A stretch of DNA of 64,000 nt from a virus (Duplodnaviria; Caudoviricetes), in the IMG/VR virus record IMGVR_UViG_3300017716_001697, positions 224,001 to 288,000 of that record. The stretch is one strand, 5' to 3'. The position numbers were made by a program, and so were the translations under genes. Shown here piece after piece: positions 18,128 to 28,175 of the stretch (the first letter of the stretch is position 1; each line of letters opens with the position of its first letter). The notes beneath the pieces were generated by a model, which saw only the letters and a list, made by a program, of their open reading frames with translations, did no database searches and had not been told where the DNA came from.

Positions 18128-18508
18128 ATGACTACCTTAGCTGCAATTCCCGAAATAGTTGTCGTGTCTATCCCCGGTGGATACAGTCCTGGTCAGAATA
18201 AAATCGAGGTGATTAAGGCTCTCCGAAATCTCTCATATATGGGATTGAAGGAGGCAAAGGATTTGTCCGAGACGGCTGGCCAGCACACACTTCCCGTCAA
18301 CATGCGACTGACAGTAGATGCCGGCCGCGCCTTCGAGGATTACTGCCGCATATTGCGAAATAACGGGTGCGAAGTAGGCCCATCTATTCACAAGGTGCTT
18401 CAATCATTGCGCGAGCTCGGTGCAGAAGCATTGAGGTTGGGCGAAGACGATATCGCAAACGAAATCTTGCAAATGGTGTTAGCCGAGAAACTTAGAAAGG
18501 GGTTCTAG
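18128..18508 (+). CDS. ribosomal protein bL12 (L7/L12) C-terminal-domain-like protein
   Basis: NKIEVIKALRNLSYMGLKEAKDLSE matches the K..VIK.VR..TGLGLKEAK.LVE signature. Confidence 0.75.
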   Translation: MTTLAAIPEIVVVSIPGGYSPGQNKIEVIKALRNLSYMGLKEAKDLSETAGQHTLPVNMRLTVDAGRAFEDYCRILRNNGCEVGPSIHKVLQSLRELGAEALRLGEDDIANEILQMVLAEKLRKGF

Positions 18509-18509
18509 T

Positions 18510-18665
18510 ATGAACGACAAACAACCACTCTATACCATTGTGTATCAAACACAGGCTTGGCCCGAATGGGAAAAGCAACGAGAATCATTTGAAGAAGTGT
18601 TGCTGGAACACAGCGAACTTACAGAAGCCAATGAAGTGCTTCGCAAAATCATGGATATGAAATGA
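18510..18665 (+). CDS. small hypothetical protein
   Basis: Hand-translated; fills the operon. Confidence 0.55.
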   Translation: MNDKQPLYTIVYQTQAWPEWEKQRESFEEVLLEHSELTEANEVLRKIMDMK

Positions 18666-18802
18666 CTGACGAAGAGTTGACTGCTATCTACAAAGATGCA
18701 AACAACATTCCTGAAGGGAAGAATCCTTCGATCAGCACAAAATTCATCTTCGCGGCAATGCGAAAGTGCTACGAACTTGGCAAAGCCGAAAAGGAAAAGT
18801 AG
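18662..18802 (+). CDS. small hypothetical protein ending YELGKAEKE
   Basis: ATGA coupling; 3' end duplicated in the next gene. Confidence 0.6.
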   Translation: MTDEELTAIYKDANNIPEGKNPSISTKFIFAAMRKCYELGKAEKEK

Positions 18803-18993
18803 AATGAAGAAGTCTGACAGAGAGCTATTGCTGCGTGCAAAATTCGAATCGGCTGTCCGATCTTCGTGGGGCTGGACAATATTAGAGCGTGATGGTGAAA
18901 GTTATGTTGCAACTATTGTCGCGACAGCATGGAAAGCATTTAAATACGGTTACGAACTTGGCAAAGCCGAAAAGGAAACACAGAATGAAGAAG
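18770..18993 (+). repeat. direct repeat at gene junctions
   Basis: TACGAACTTGGCAAAGCCGAAAAGGAAA identical at 18770-97 and 18951-78, both followed by NNNAGAATGAAGAAG. Confidence 0.9.
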
Positions 18994-19004
18994 ATCACAG
19001 TTAA
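18804..19004 (+). CDS. small hypothetical protein containing YELGKAEKE
   Basis: ATG 18804. Confidence 0.65.
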   Translation: MKKSDRELLLRAKFESAVRSSWGWTILERDGESYVATIVATAWKAFKYGYELGKAEKETQNEEDHS

Positions 19005-19458
19005 CAGTGGACGCGAAGATGCCTTCTGCGATATCGCTAAGGTAGAAGAAAAATACAACGCAAAGTTTGTCGGTCAGTTCTGCCTGAAGACCAGGGACGG
19101 CCAGTGGGCTAACAGTCCTGCTGATGTGTACTGGCAAGCCACGCCACCTGTAGCTGGTTATTCCAACTATTTTGGACTCATTATCCAAGGCGGCACACTG
19201 TACATTACGAGCGGTGCAGCTGGTGTCGAGCCAATCATCACTGCCGCTGTAGCAAAGGATGGCGAGATTATCTATAGTCGTTACAGGCACGATTATCGCA
19301 CATCCAAAGATGGATCAGTGTTCATCGACGGCGGTCGCGATTACACCAAGGGTGGTAACGGCAAGTACATCAATATCAAAGTCGTTGACGGCGAGTTCTA
19401 CGAAGTGGAAGATAGCGACTTAGCTGTTGCTACTGAAAAAGGTTGGATTGAGCCGTGA
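18985..19458 (+). CDS. hypothetical phage protein with SR.RHD...DGG.DY domain
   Basis: IYSRYRHDYRTSKDGSVFIDGGRDY. Confidence 0.85.
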   Translation: MKKITVNSGREDAFCDIAKVEEKYNAKFVGQFCLKTRDGQWANSPADVYWQATPPVAGYSNYFGLIIQGGTLYITSGAAGVEPIITAAVAKDGEIIYSRYRHDYRTSKDGSVFIDGGRDYTKGGNGKYINIKVVDGEFYEVEDSDLAVATEKGWIEP

Positions 19459-19739
19459 GAGACTATGCACAGGCAATTGAAGAAGTCGTGAGTGGCAGGA
19501 CTGCTGCTAGTTACAATGACTATCGATCTATGTATGACAGCATCTCAGCACATATGATTGCATATATTTTCAAGATCGACATTAGCATTGTATTCAGCGA
19601 TATAAGAACTGCTAAGGAAGAAATTGAAATTGCTAAGAAAGCTGCTCGTAAGGCAGCATCACAGGTAGGAAACGAGGAGCGCCGATTGGCAAATTTAGCC
19701 AGGCGCCGTAACGATGATGCAAATAGATCCACAGATTAA
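19455..19739 (+). CDS. hypothetical protein
   Basis: GTGA coupling. Confidence 0.7.
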   Translation: MRDYAQAIEEVVSGRTAASYNDYRSMYDSISAHMIAYIFKIDISIVFSDIRTAKEEIEIAKKAARKAASQVGNEERRLANLARRRNDDANRSTD

Positions 19740-19871
19740 AGAAGACCTCATTAAGATATCTAAGTTCGATATGAAGACTAAGATTAGTTTGTTGTGGATG
19801 GTTCCGTGGCTTGTCAGCGTCATTGCATTTGAAACATTTATAGCGTGGGCAACCACAAAGAAAGATACAAA

Positions 19872-20045
19872 ATGATTACCTGGACATTAGTATTCTATAT
19901 CAGCCATGGATTCGGCCTTGGCGCGACCGGTGGGCCTGCTGTCATCGACGGGTTTACTTCTGAGGAGAAATGCTTGGCGGCAAAGGCACAGGTGGAGAAA
20001 TTAAAAGGTTTTGATTATGCATATTGTTTAAGGATTGAAAAATGA
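19872..20045 (+). CDS. small hydrophobic two-Cys protein
   Basis: GFTSEEKCLAA...YCLRIEK. Confidence 0.7.
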   Translation: MITWTLVFYISHGFGLGATGGPAVIDGFTSEEKCLAAKAQVEKLKGFDYAYCLRIEK

Positions 20046-20251
20046 AAAAGATAGAAGGACTTATTATTCCAATGGAAGTTGGTGATATGATTGTTGTTGC
20101 TAGCCTTAAGGAACAGATTGGTTACCTTAAGAAGGATAACAAGAAGATTCGAAAGCTTGATGACATTCCTGACTTCAAGATGCAAGATCTGATAGCAAAC
20201 GAACAATTTATTAAGCATGCCGAATATGTAATTCAATACTACGGCGGTTGA
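20042..20251 (+). CDS. hypothetical protein
   Basis: ATGA coupling. Confidence 0.7.
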   Translation: MKKIEGLIIPMEVGDMIVVASLKEQIGYLKKDNKKIRKLDDIPDFKMQDLIANEQFIKHAEYVIQYYGG

Positions 20252-20252
20252 T

Positions 20253-20852
20253 ATGAATGCATTCGAAATTTTAGCAGACGCGGCCATACGTTACTATCAA
20301 TTCAATCAACATGGCAGGCCTTACCACAATTATGCACATGCCATGCATGTACTGAATCATGTCGGTCAGGATGCAAGTCTTTCAGTAAGGATTGCTGCCG
20401 TGTGGCACGATGCAGTCTATATTCCACGTGGCCATGTTAACGAGCAGGCTTCGTCTGACGCGCTGACGTACGAATGGATTGAGAATAAAATCGCTGAGAA
20501 CATTCCTGTGCTTCATGCTGCCAACAAATTGATCGAAGGTACAGTGGTTGCTAATCATCTGCGTACTACCGCACTGGATGCTGATTCCGATATGGCATTG
20601 CTGTTGGATGCCGACCTTGCTAGTCTCGGTGCACCATACGATGTGTTTGTAGGTAATCAAGCCAACATCATTCTGGAAAATGGTGGAGATCCGGATAAGA
20701 AAGAATCCCGTATCCTATGCGGTAACTTCCTGAATGCATTTCTTACATGCAGGCCGTATATCTATCACACTGCGGCGTTTCGTGAAAAATATGAATCTGC
20801 CGCAAAAGATAATATTCGAAAATACGTTAAGTCACATGGTAGTGCAGAGTAA
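20253..20852 (+). CDS. HD-superfamily metal-dependent phosphohydrolase
   Basis: RPYHNYAH, WHDAVY, NEQASS, LLDADLASLG. Confidence 0.85.
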   Translation: MNAFEILADAAIRYYQFNQHGRPYHNYAHAMHVLNHVGQDASLSVRIAAVWHDAVYIPRGHVNEQASSDALTYEWIENKIAENIPVLHAANKLIEGTVVANHLRTTALDADSDMALLLDADLASLGAPYDVFVGNQANIILENGGDPDKKESRILCGNFLNAFLTCRPYIYHTAAFREKYESAAKDNIRKYVKSHGSAE

Positions 20853-20894
20853 AATCTGTGCTATAATACACAGTAACACAGCACAAGGTATATC

Positions 20895-21080
20895 ATGAAG
20901 ATTAACGATTCTGCACTGAAAGATTTGTTGGAGAAGATGGTTAAAGATATTAAGACCGGCTTCCACGATAGCGAAACTGCATGCATTGCTAACTTCAACG
21001 GTGTGCAGATTCATGTGAAAGTGACTGTTGATGCTGAAGAATTCATTGACAGCACCGCAGACAAGATCATCACAGGCTAA
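20895..21080 (+). CDS. small hypothetical protein
   Basis: TGCTATAAT promoter and leader upstream. Confidence 0.75.
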   Translation: MKINDSALKDLLEKMVKDIKTGFHDSETACIANFNGVQIHVKVTVDAEEFIDSTADKIITG

Positions 21081-21081
21081 T

Positions 21082-21840
21082 ATGAAAACAGTAACTCAAA
21101 AGGTAGCATTCGCACGTGGTCTACCAAAGTGGCCACAATTGCTCATCACAGGGAAGAATGTAACGGCCACGCAGGCCAAAGACATTATCTTCCATACCGA
21201 TTCGTTCATGAGTGCAAATCACTATGGTGGTAACAACCACGAGTGGAACGAATGGGTTAATGCTGCGTTAGGTAGAGCAGAATTGGAGAACATAAAGGAC
21301 TTTAACCGCAGTTGGCGTATTAAAGACAAACTCAACGAAGAATTAAAGTTTGTAAGTACAGAATACTTACACAATGACTGGATGTCTAGCTCATATATCT
21401 ATGGCCCACACGGCTGGTGCTCGCCGGATGGCATCATCTCTCATGTTGACAACGTAGGTAAATGGCCGGGTGTTGAAGAAGTGTATAACGACTTGGTCAC
21501 CATTGCTGCGGCATTTCCGTATCTCGTCATGACTGCCACTCTGTATGATCAGGAACACTGCGAAGACGAGGTCGAGAAGAAACCGGTAATCACGTTTGTC
21601 GTTAAGAAAGGCAAGGTGAAACTTACTGACGAACACACCGAACATCACTTCGATGTACCAAAGCCTGATCGAAGCGACGGTGCTATGCTTCGCAGATTTA
21701 GTTTGGCCAGCACCGAACAAGGTGTACCAGATAGCTGGATTCTAGACTGGGAGGGCGAATATAGTGCCGCGGTGAAACGTGCGCTTGCTCGCCAGGACGA
21801 AGAAGACCGTACAACACCAGCAGAAGAAGAGACTATGTAA
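21082..21840 (+). CDS. hypothetical large-phage protein, 252 aa
   Basis: ATG 21082; LPKWPQLLITG...HGWCSPDG...KWP. Confidence 0.85.
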   Translation: MKTVTQKVAFARGLPKWPQLLITGKNVTATQAKDIIFHTDSFMSANHYGGNNHEWNEWVNAALGRAELENIKDFNRSWRIKDKLNEELKFVSTEYLHNDWMSSSYIYGPHGWCSPDGIISHVDNVGKWPGVEEVYNDLVTIAAAFPYLVMTATLYDQEHCEDEVEKKPVITFVVKKGKVKLTDEHTEHHFDVPKPDRSDGAMLRRFSLASTEQGVPDSWILDWEGEYSAAVKRALARQDEEDRTTPAEEETM

Positions 21841-21882
21841 ATAGTCGTTGACCTTATTGTCCACCTGTTGTATAATATGTGT

Positions 21883-22152
21883 ATGCAAAAGACAAAATAC
21901 ACAGTTTACTGGACATATGGTGGACAACATCCACATTCATTGTCCACGTTTAATATGGGCGAAGCAATGGCCCACATGGAATCGTTGCGAAAGAATGCAA
22001 AAGAAGTCGGCAATTCCGCAATCGTATTAGCATGTGAGAACGCTGACCGGGTGGGCGAGGACGGTGTTGATGAAGTGAAGGACGGAAAGACACCAGACGG
22101 TGTGGACTACACCTGGAACAAGAGTTCACGCATTGGAGCAACACGCAAATGA
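21883..22152 (+). CDS. hypothetical phage protein
   Basis: Promoter TATAAT 21871; G.D.V.DGK.PDG..Y.W.K. Confidence 0.75.
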   Translation: MQKTKYTVYWTYGGQHPHSLSTFNMGEAMAHMESLRKNAKEVGNSAIVLACENADRVGEDGVDEVKDGKTPDGVDYTWNKSSRIGATRK

Positions 22153-22367
22153 CCACCCCAATTTCAGCTAACGGTGTGAACGGTATGTTGATACAGGTAG
22201 GTTTTGGCGTACTAATGTTCCGCGTCTACAACGCAGATCACACATTCACTGACTACGATATTCATCACGCTGACTTGTCAGTAACTATCAACGATACGGA
22301 TGCATTCTTCTATCGTGATGGCACAAATCGTATCGACCATTCTCCTGCAACCTTAGGATTAAAATGA
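22149..22367 (+). CDS. hypothetical phage protein
   Basis: FRVY..DH.F.DY.I.H.DL.V.I. Confidence 0.8.
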   Translation: MTTPISANGVNGMLIQVGFGVLMFRVYNADHTFTDYDIHHADLSVTINDTDAFFYRDGTNRIDHSPATLGLK

Positions 22368-22525
22368 GCCAACTTGCCGATCTTACACATATTGTGAAAA
22401 TGCATACCGAGACCGATGACAAGGCTGGTGCATTGTTTTGGGATATCCTAAACGCACTAGGATGGGATATCGAAGGTGTATGCAGTGCAGAAGATGCTGC
22501 CGTATATTTAACACTGGTCAGATAA
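22364..22525 (+). CDS. small hypothetical protein
   Basis: Hand-translated; ATGA coupling. Confidence 0.55.
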   Translation: MSQLADLTHIVKMHTETDDKAGALFWDILNALGWDIEGVCSAEDAAVYLTLVR

Positions 22526-22527
22526 TC

Positions 22528-22698
22528 ATGCATCACTTTATTACATTTCTAATGCTTGTTATTGGATTGCTTGCAGGTCATGCTGTAGGAAACTACATGC
22601 GGAATGCACCACAGCGTGAAGCTATCGAAAAGTGCGAACAACCATTGCCGCGAGAGCAACATTGTAAATTGATATTTACGGCAGAAGTGGTGAAATAA
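22528..22698 (+). CDS. small membrane protein, CE..LPR.QHC family
   Basis: TM helix then CEQPLPREQHC. Confidence 0.7.
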   Translation: MHHFITFLMLVIGLLAGHAVGNYMRNAPQREAIEKCEQPLPREQHCKLIFTAEVVK

Positions 22699-22699
22699 G

Positions 22700-22876
22700 A
22701 TGGAACAGTTTTTAACAGGAATACTAGCTGGTTGGGCCATAGCTGCTGTATTAGTTATACTGGTGCCAGGTTCGTATAACGAACTAGCACGGAATGCTAT
22801 TGCCGAATGCGAAAAGAACTTACCACGTGATCAACATTGCACTGTCATCGGTGTAAAGAAGGAAGACTCGAAGTGA
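22700..22876 (+). CDS. small membrane protein, CE..LPR.QHC family
   Basis: Hand-translated TM helix then CEKNLPRDQHC; tandem paralogue. Confidence 0.7.
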   Translation: MEQFLTGILAGWAIAAVLVILVPGSYNELARNAIAECEKNLPRDQHCTVIGVKKEDSK

Positions 22877-23109
22877 GTAACATCAACACACGTACATATG
22901 TTGAAAATTTTGTCAGGACGCCCACGAAAGGATTACGTACTAAACTACGAACCGAGCTTCGCGCACGTGGGGTAACTGGTAAATTTGGCACTGATGAAAT
23001 GCGTGACGGAAGATTGCGCGTTAAGGGCAATGTTAGCGATACCTCATTGACGATGTTTGATGGGCATCCAGTTTATTATGTTTTGGAGAAAAAGAATGAC
23101 ATTATTTGA
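22873..23109 (+). CDS. basic hypothetical protein
   Basis: GTG start overlapping the previous stop. Confidence 0.6.
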   Translation: MSNINTRTYVENFVRTPTKGLRTKLRTELRARGVTGKFGTDEMRDGRLRVKGNVSDTSLTMFDGHPVYYVLEKKNDII

Positions 23110-23524
23110 ACGAATTAAGGCAGACCAATTGGCTTCACGTAAGGCACACAATGCACTGGCATCATCCCTGTTGACTACGTTAATTGGTGAAGCAGCAGCC
23201 ATTGGCAAGAACGCGGGCAATCGAGATGTCACGGATGCCGAAGTGGTTGCACTAGTGAAGAAGTTCACTAAGGGTATGGACGACACGCTAGGCTTCTTGG
23301 GTGGCACCAATCCAGAGGCTACTGCGGTAGTAGTGGCAGAAAAGGGTATTTTGGCTAAGTATCTGCCACTACAGTTGACAGAACTTGCATTGCGCCATGC
23401 TGTTACGAGCATTATTGCAACAGAAGGCAACAACATGGGTAAGGTGATGGCTGCATTGAAATCTCGTTACGACGGTCAGTACGATGGGAAGATGGCATCA
23501 GCCATTGTTAAGGAATTGATTTAA
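23096..23524 (+). CDS. GatB/YqeY-domain protein
   Basis: L.ERIK.D...SRK...L..LIGE...D.EVV...KK...NMGKVM..LK....G..DGK..S..VKELI. Confidence 0.85.
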   Translation: MTLFERIKADQLASRKAHNALASSLLTTLIGEAAAIGKNAGNRDVTDAEVVALVKKFTKGMDDTLGFLGGTNPEATAVVVAEKGILAKYLPLQLTELALRHAVTSIIATEGNNMGKVMAALKSRYDGQYDGKMASAIVKELI

Positions 23525-23525
23525 C

Positions 23526-23741
23526 ATGTTAACAATCTATATCGTATCAGTCTTGTTTAGCTGGAGTGTATCGGGACTCCTGTTTTATTTACAAGGTGAT
23601 GTCACGGTGTCCGATATAATCTGCTCAGTTGTTGTGGGCCTGGTCCCTGTTATAAATGTAGGCATTGCAACTTCTATGATAGTGTTTATTTTTGAGCAAA
23701 CCGACATAATGAATAAGGTAGTATTCAGGAGAAAGAAATGA
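23526..23741 (+). CDS. membrane protein
   Basis: Two hydrophobic segments. Confidence 0.7.
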   Translation: MLTIYIVSVLFSWSVSGLLFYLQGDVTVSDIICSVVVGLVPVINVGIATSMIVFIFEQTDIMNKVVFRRKK

Positions 23742-24214
23742 AACAAATGTATGTAATTACCGCGGCTGGTGGCCGCTACGACAGTGCATGGGAACGTGCA
23801 GAATTTGTCACAGACGACGAAACAAAGGGCGAAGAATTTGTTGCCGCACGGAATAAACTTTCACAAGAAGTTATTGCTGCCAACGAGCAGACAGAAATGG
23901 CCATGCAACATTGGCGCAAAGTAAATCCGTGTCCACCACAGTTACCATATACAGAATTGGCTGTGCCTAGTTTCGAAGGTATTAAACAGAAAAACATTAC
24001 TAAGGAAATGCGCGACGAACGCGATACTATCCGTGCTCACAACAATACGATGTTGTCTGTTTCAATTAAACCAGTAGGCGACTGGTATCGTAAACAAGAC
24101 GAAGCGTTGGTAGCATATAGAGCGGCAACATTCAAACCCGAAGTAGTCAAGGGTATTGAACACGGTTATCACGATACCAGCTGGACTATCGACCCTATTG
24201 CGTGGCTAGAATGA
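23738..24214 (+). CDS. hypothetical protein
   Basis: ATGA coupling. Confidence 0.8.
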   Translation: MKQMYVITAAGGRYDSAWERAEFVTDDETKGEEFVAARNKLSQEVIAANEQTEMAMQHWRKVNPCPPQLPYTELAVPSFEGIKQKNITKEMRDERDTIRAHNNTMLSVSIKPVGDWYRKQDEALVAYRAATFKPEVVKGIEHGYHDTSWTIDPIAWLE

Positions 24215-24423
24215 ACGAACGAATCGAAGAATTCCGCAAACAATGTGATATGTACGACCGCGAATTCGGTACTTCATGGTTTGACCATAAAAAGTTTGCG
24301 GAATTGCTAATTAACGAATGCATCAAGGTCGCGAAGCAGCAACACGACCCGCACATTCTAAACTACAAACCAAGCGAACGGTTTGTAGAAGATTTACGAC
24401 AGCATTTTGGAGTCGCAGAATGA
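24211..24423 (+). CDS. MNERIxEL/KFAELI family hypothetical protein
   Basis: MNERIEE...KFAELLINEC...HFGV. Confidence 0.8.
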   Translation: MNERIEEFRKQCDMYDREFGTSWFDHKKFAELLINECIKVAKQQHDPHILNYKPSERFVEDLRQHFGVAE

Positions 24424-24683
24424 ATGAACGAATTGAAGAAATTAGGAGCATATGCTACATACCGAATAGCCAGGATCGGTATGACATGGACAAGTTTGCA
24501 GAGTTGCTCATCGAAGAATCTCTTAAGGTAATGCAACAAGAGTGGTACGACCTGAACAACGCGCCTGCAGTTGAAAACGAATCTTCCCGCGACGTTGGTC
24601 TCAGGGTAGGACAGAAAAGCGAAGTTATTATGCTGATGGCAAAAATTCGCAATCACTTTGATTTTGGAGTAAAGAATGACTGA
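24420..24683 (+). CDS. MNERIxEL/KFAELI family hypothetical protein
   Basis: MNERIEE...KFAELLIEE...HFDFGV. Confidence 0.8.
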   Translation: MNERIEEIRSICYIPNSQDRYDMDKFAELLIEESLKVMQQEWYDLNNAPAVENESSRDVGLRVGQKSEVIMLMAKIRNHFDFGVKND

Positions 24684-24915
24684 TGTAGTATATCTAACTG
24701 AACGTAATTTGCGTACATTGCTTTCTAAGCTAGAACGTAAAGCCAAGGGTGATACAACTATGTGTACCCTGATTAAGTACAAGCAAAAGACACCGGAATA
24801 CGCACAATCTATGGACGAATTAATGGTGGTTGCTGTAGCAGATGACATCTACTATGCTGCACAGAATCGCGTGGCGGGCGATGTTCATCCTCTCGATGCC
24901 CCAAACACAAAATGA
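24676..24915 (+). CDS. hypothetical phage protein
   Basis: VYL.ERNL.TLL.KL.R...Y...R..G..H. Confidence 0.8.
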   Translation: MTDVVYLTERNLRTLLSKLERKAKGDTTMCTLIKYKQKTPEYAQSMDELMVVAVADDIYYAAQNRVAGDVHPLDAPNTK

Positions 24916-25786
24916 CTATACTGGATGTCTTACGATACCCAGTCACGGATATCTATAACCTAGGAGAGATAGATGCGCTGCCTGCGAATCTGTTCATTGA
25001 TTGGGCAACAGAATGTTCCGGACAGCCACGAGAACGTATTGCAAAAGCAGAAGCATCGGCTGGCCTCACTCGCAAATCAATCACCCATGCAATGGTGTTA
25101 GCAAAAGTGCAGACTGAAACACGTAGACAGCACCGAAACTCTGGTTGGACAGATCTATACAAAGCACAGTTTCTGAAACGGTTAAAAGAAATGATAGCAG
25201 AGTATGAGCCTATTTGATGTACTTAGATACCAAATCAGCGTGCCACCTACTGAAGCAGAGTTAGAAGCACTTCCTAAGGGTATACTTAAAAAGTGGCTCG
25301 TAGAGATAGGAGCACTCGGCTGGCATTCTTACGACGACGCATCCCATTTGCCGGGGGTTATAGCCGAATACTATCAACGAAATAATCGAAGGGATGACCT
25401 TTTCGATATACCTACATTAAAAAGAATAATCAAGGAGCACGACAATGAGTCTCTTTGACTTAATCCGATATCCGATTACCGATATATACGATCAGAGACA
25501 ACTAGATCATGTTCCACAATTTATAATTGACACATGGGTAGAGTTGTGTGCTGTTGATGCACGACTCGACTTAAAGGAATTTTTATCATTTAATGCGATA
25601 ACATCGTTGACTGGGTTGAATACCACAGTAAACATTATCAAGGTGTGTGTGAAGCAAAAGATACTTGCCCACAATCTGCGATCAATGCAGACGTCTGATA
25701 TGCTAACCGGGTTTGAAATAAAAGCACAATATACAAGGATGCTTCGAGAGCTTGTATATGAGAATGAGTACTACGGTGAGGTATGA
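24912..25786 (+). CDS. three tandem paralogues with N-terminal (I/L)(L/F)D(V/L)(L/I)RY motif: 24912-25217, 25204-25458, 25445-25786
   Basis: MTILDVLRYPVTDIY / MSLFDVLRYQISVPP / MSLFDLIRYPITDIY. Confidence 0.8.
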
Positions 25787-27114
25787 GAGCTCGTGAATTT
25801 ATCGTAGAAATACAATGGTTCCATATCCTACGGGAAGCACATAAGAATATCACTATATTACCGTACACAAAAGATTTCTCCGGGGCAGTGTATATATCCA
25901 TACCAGACATAACAAACGAAGATCTATTATACATGAAGTTAATGCATCCTAATTTTAAATATAGAGAAGTATGACTGTAACATCGCATCAACCGAAATAT
26001 AAGTTCCAGTATGTAACAATCCTGTATAGCGATCTTCAAGAGCTACATAATTACATGAATGCATTGCCGAAGAGTTATGTTGTGTGCAGTCCAAAAGTGG
26101 TACCATCCGAGTTTACAACAGTCAAGACTCCGTGTAAACTACTGTTAGATATCACAGACGAAGAACTCTTATTCCTTAAACTAAAATTTAAAACATACGA
26201 TGTCGACGAACATAAAAGTAGCAAATGAACAGATACGATCATTGTTTGATACAGTGAAAATGTCTTGCGGCGAACCATTAGTGAAATACCTGCAATACAG
26301 AAATTCAAAGGATGGCGTATCCACATTTGCATTTACTAATGCAGCTGATAAGGAATCAGTAAACTTCATTACATTAAAATTCGATCAACCGGCAAACAAC
26401 CATGGCAATTCATAAGATATCAATCAGGGCAAGTGATTACACAAGGCTGGAAGATCTCATTCTAACCATGCCCGGGCGTGATGTAACGATAATGAGAGCC
26501 GACGAATACCCTGACGGCGATGCTCCATATACTGTAGTATATCTACGTCTAGAACAGACAGAAGATCTTTCATATATCTTGTTAATGGTGGGTGGTACAC
26601 AACTGCGACATCCATGACAAACATATATTCGGTACGTTTCGATCCCGAAACATCTGCCAACGAATATAGAGAAATAAGAATCTTCTTACGTCAAATCGAT
26701 GTTCCATTCAAACGGTATCTGCAACATGCACCGGATAATGCACAGATACGAATTACCTACGATCTGTATACAACTCCAGACAACATAAGTTTTCTATCAC
26801 TAAAATATAACAAATTTGAAGTGTTATCGACTATCAAAGGGTTCAATGGATAAATATCCTAAACGGGTATTATCATGGTCAATCATTACGAAGTTACAGT
26901 AAGCACAAAAGACAAAGATAAATTTCTGAATGACTTCTACGAAATAATTGATGCATATATCTTGTATCATACCATGGTTAGTATAGACACGGATAAGATT
27001 ACAATATCAATCAACGATGAGGATCTTGCATTCCTTGCGTTGCGTTATAAAATCGCCCCTTGTAGAATTAATAATGCTCTAACCTTGTTGACAGACTTCA
27101 ACATACTGCACTAA
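25783..27114 (+). CDS. array A, six small paralogues with C-terminal T(D/N)E(D/E)L..(L/M)KL motif: 25783-25974, 25971-26228, 26200-26415, 26402-26617, 26614-26853, 26875-27114
   Basis: ITNEDLLYMKL, ITDEELLFLKL, ADKESVNFITLKF, QTEDLSYILL, TPDNISFLSLKY, NDEDLAFLALRY; overlapping start/stop codons. Confidence 0.75.
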
Positions 27115-27152
27115 CCAATTTACACGGCCAGACCCGCATGTTATAATGTAAC

Positions 27153-27718
27153 ATGACTGAAGACGACACATTCAACAAGCTACGCAAACCCACATTCGAC
27201 GCAATGTATAACAATTATATCGGGTGGTTGAATAATGAATTTTCATTCAATGGGCTAACATTAACCCTCTGGCTCGATAAAAACAATTGGGACTATGTTG
27301 AATTTGCCAATGCATGCATAAAACAAGCAGAAGATCATTAAAATGACTGAAGATGATACATTCGGTGCCTTGCAGAGGGAAGACTTCCATAGTGTATATT
27401 CTCGATATCTACGAGCTAGTGATTACACACCCATATCGGACGAAGATCTAAAAGGCACGGGCTGGACATTGGTAGAATTTCAGATTGCATTTAATAAATG
27501 GTTGATATCAAATGCCAGCCAAGATGAATAAACAATACACAGAAGAAGATACATTCAATGCTCTTAGGCAAACAAAACTCGAACGAGTGCAAATAGCTGT
27601 CGCTGAAGCACAAGGTAGTAATTACCGATTAGAACATGCTGATCTGATTAAGGTATTAAAGGAACATAATTGGAAAGTATCCGAATACTGGAAACAAGTC
27701 AAGGCAGCATCAAAGTGA
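27153..27718 (+). CDS. three TEDDTFNxLR-family paralogues: 27153-27341, 27343-27531, 27524-27718
   Basis: MTEDDTFNKLRK, MTEDDTFGALQR, YTEEDTFNALRQ; C-terminal L...(N/G)W...E(F/Y). Confidence 0.85.
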
Positions 27719-28175
27719 GAACATATCTCCTTCGTGTGAGTGACATAGATAAGAGTAAGTTAAATACCATTCTTTCTCTAGATCAGCGTATGAACATAAA
27801 CTCGGATTTGGACGAGTATGGATTTCAATTTAAACAATTTAATTTAACAGACGAAGAGCTTCTTGTGATTAAACTTATATTTCCATGGTGCATCCCGATG
27901 CTGCTAAAATGAAAACATTTCTACTCGAATTCAATGTTCACGCACCATTCTACAGTTACAGTCAAGATATTAAACGTATCGAGAAAGTAATAGGGACTAA
28001 GCTAATTCAGGTCGGTACATCCTATTCGCGGTTGCGCAGATTCGAATTGGACGACACCAGTGCCATTATTATACTCAAATTTGCATGCGATGATATTATC
28101 TTAAGCCTCAAACAAGTTGAAAAAATGGATAGTATGTTCGTCGATGATTACCGTGTGGTAGCAAATATATGTTAA
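27715..28175 (+). CDS. two array-A paralogues: 27715-27912 (GTG start), 27909-28175
   Basis: LTDEELLVIKLIF; LDDTSAIIILKF. Confidence 0.7.
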
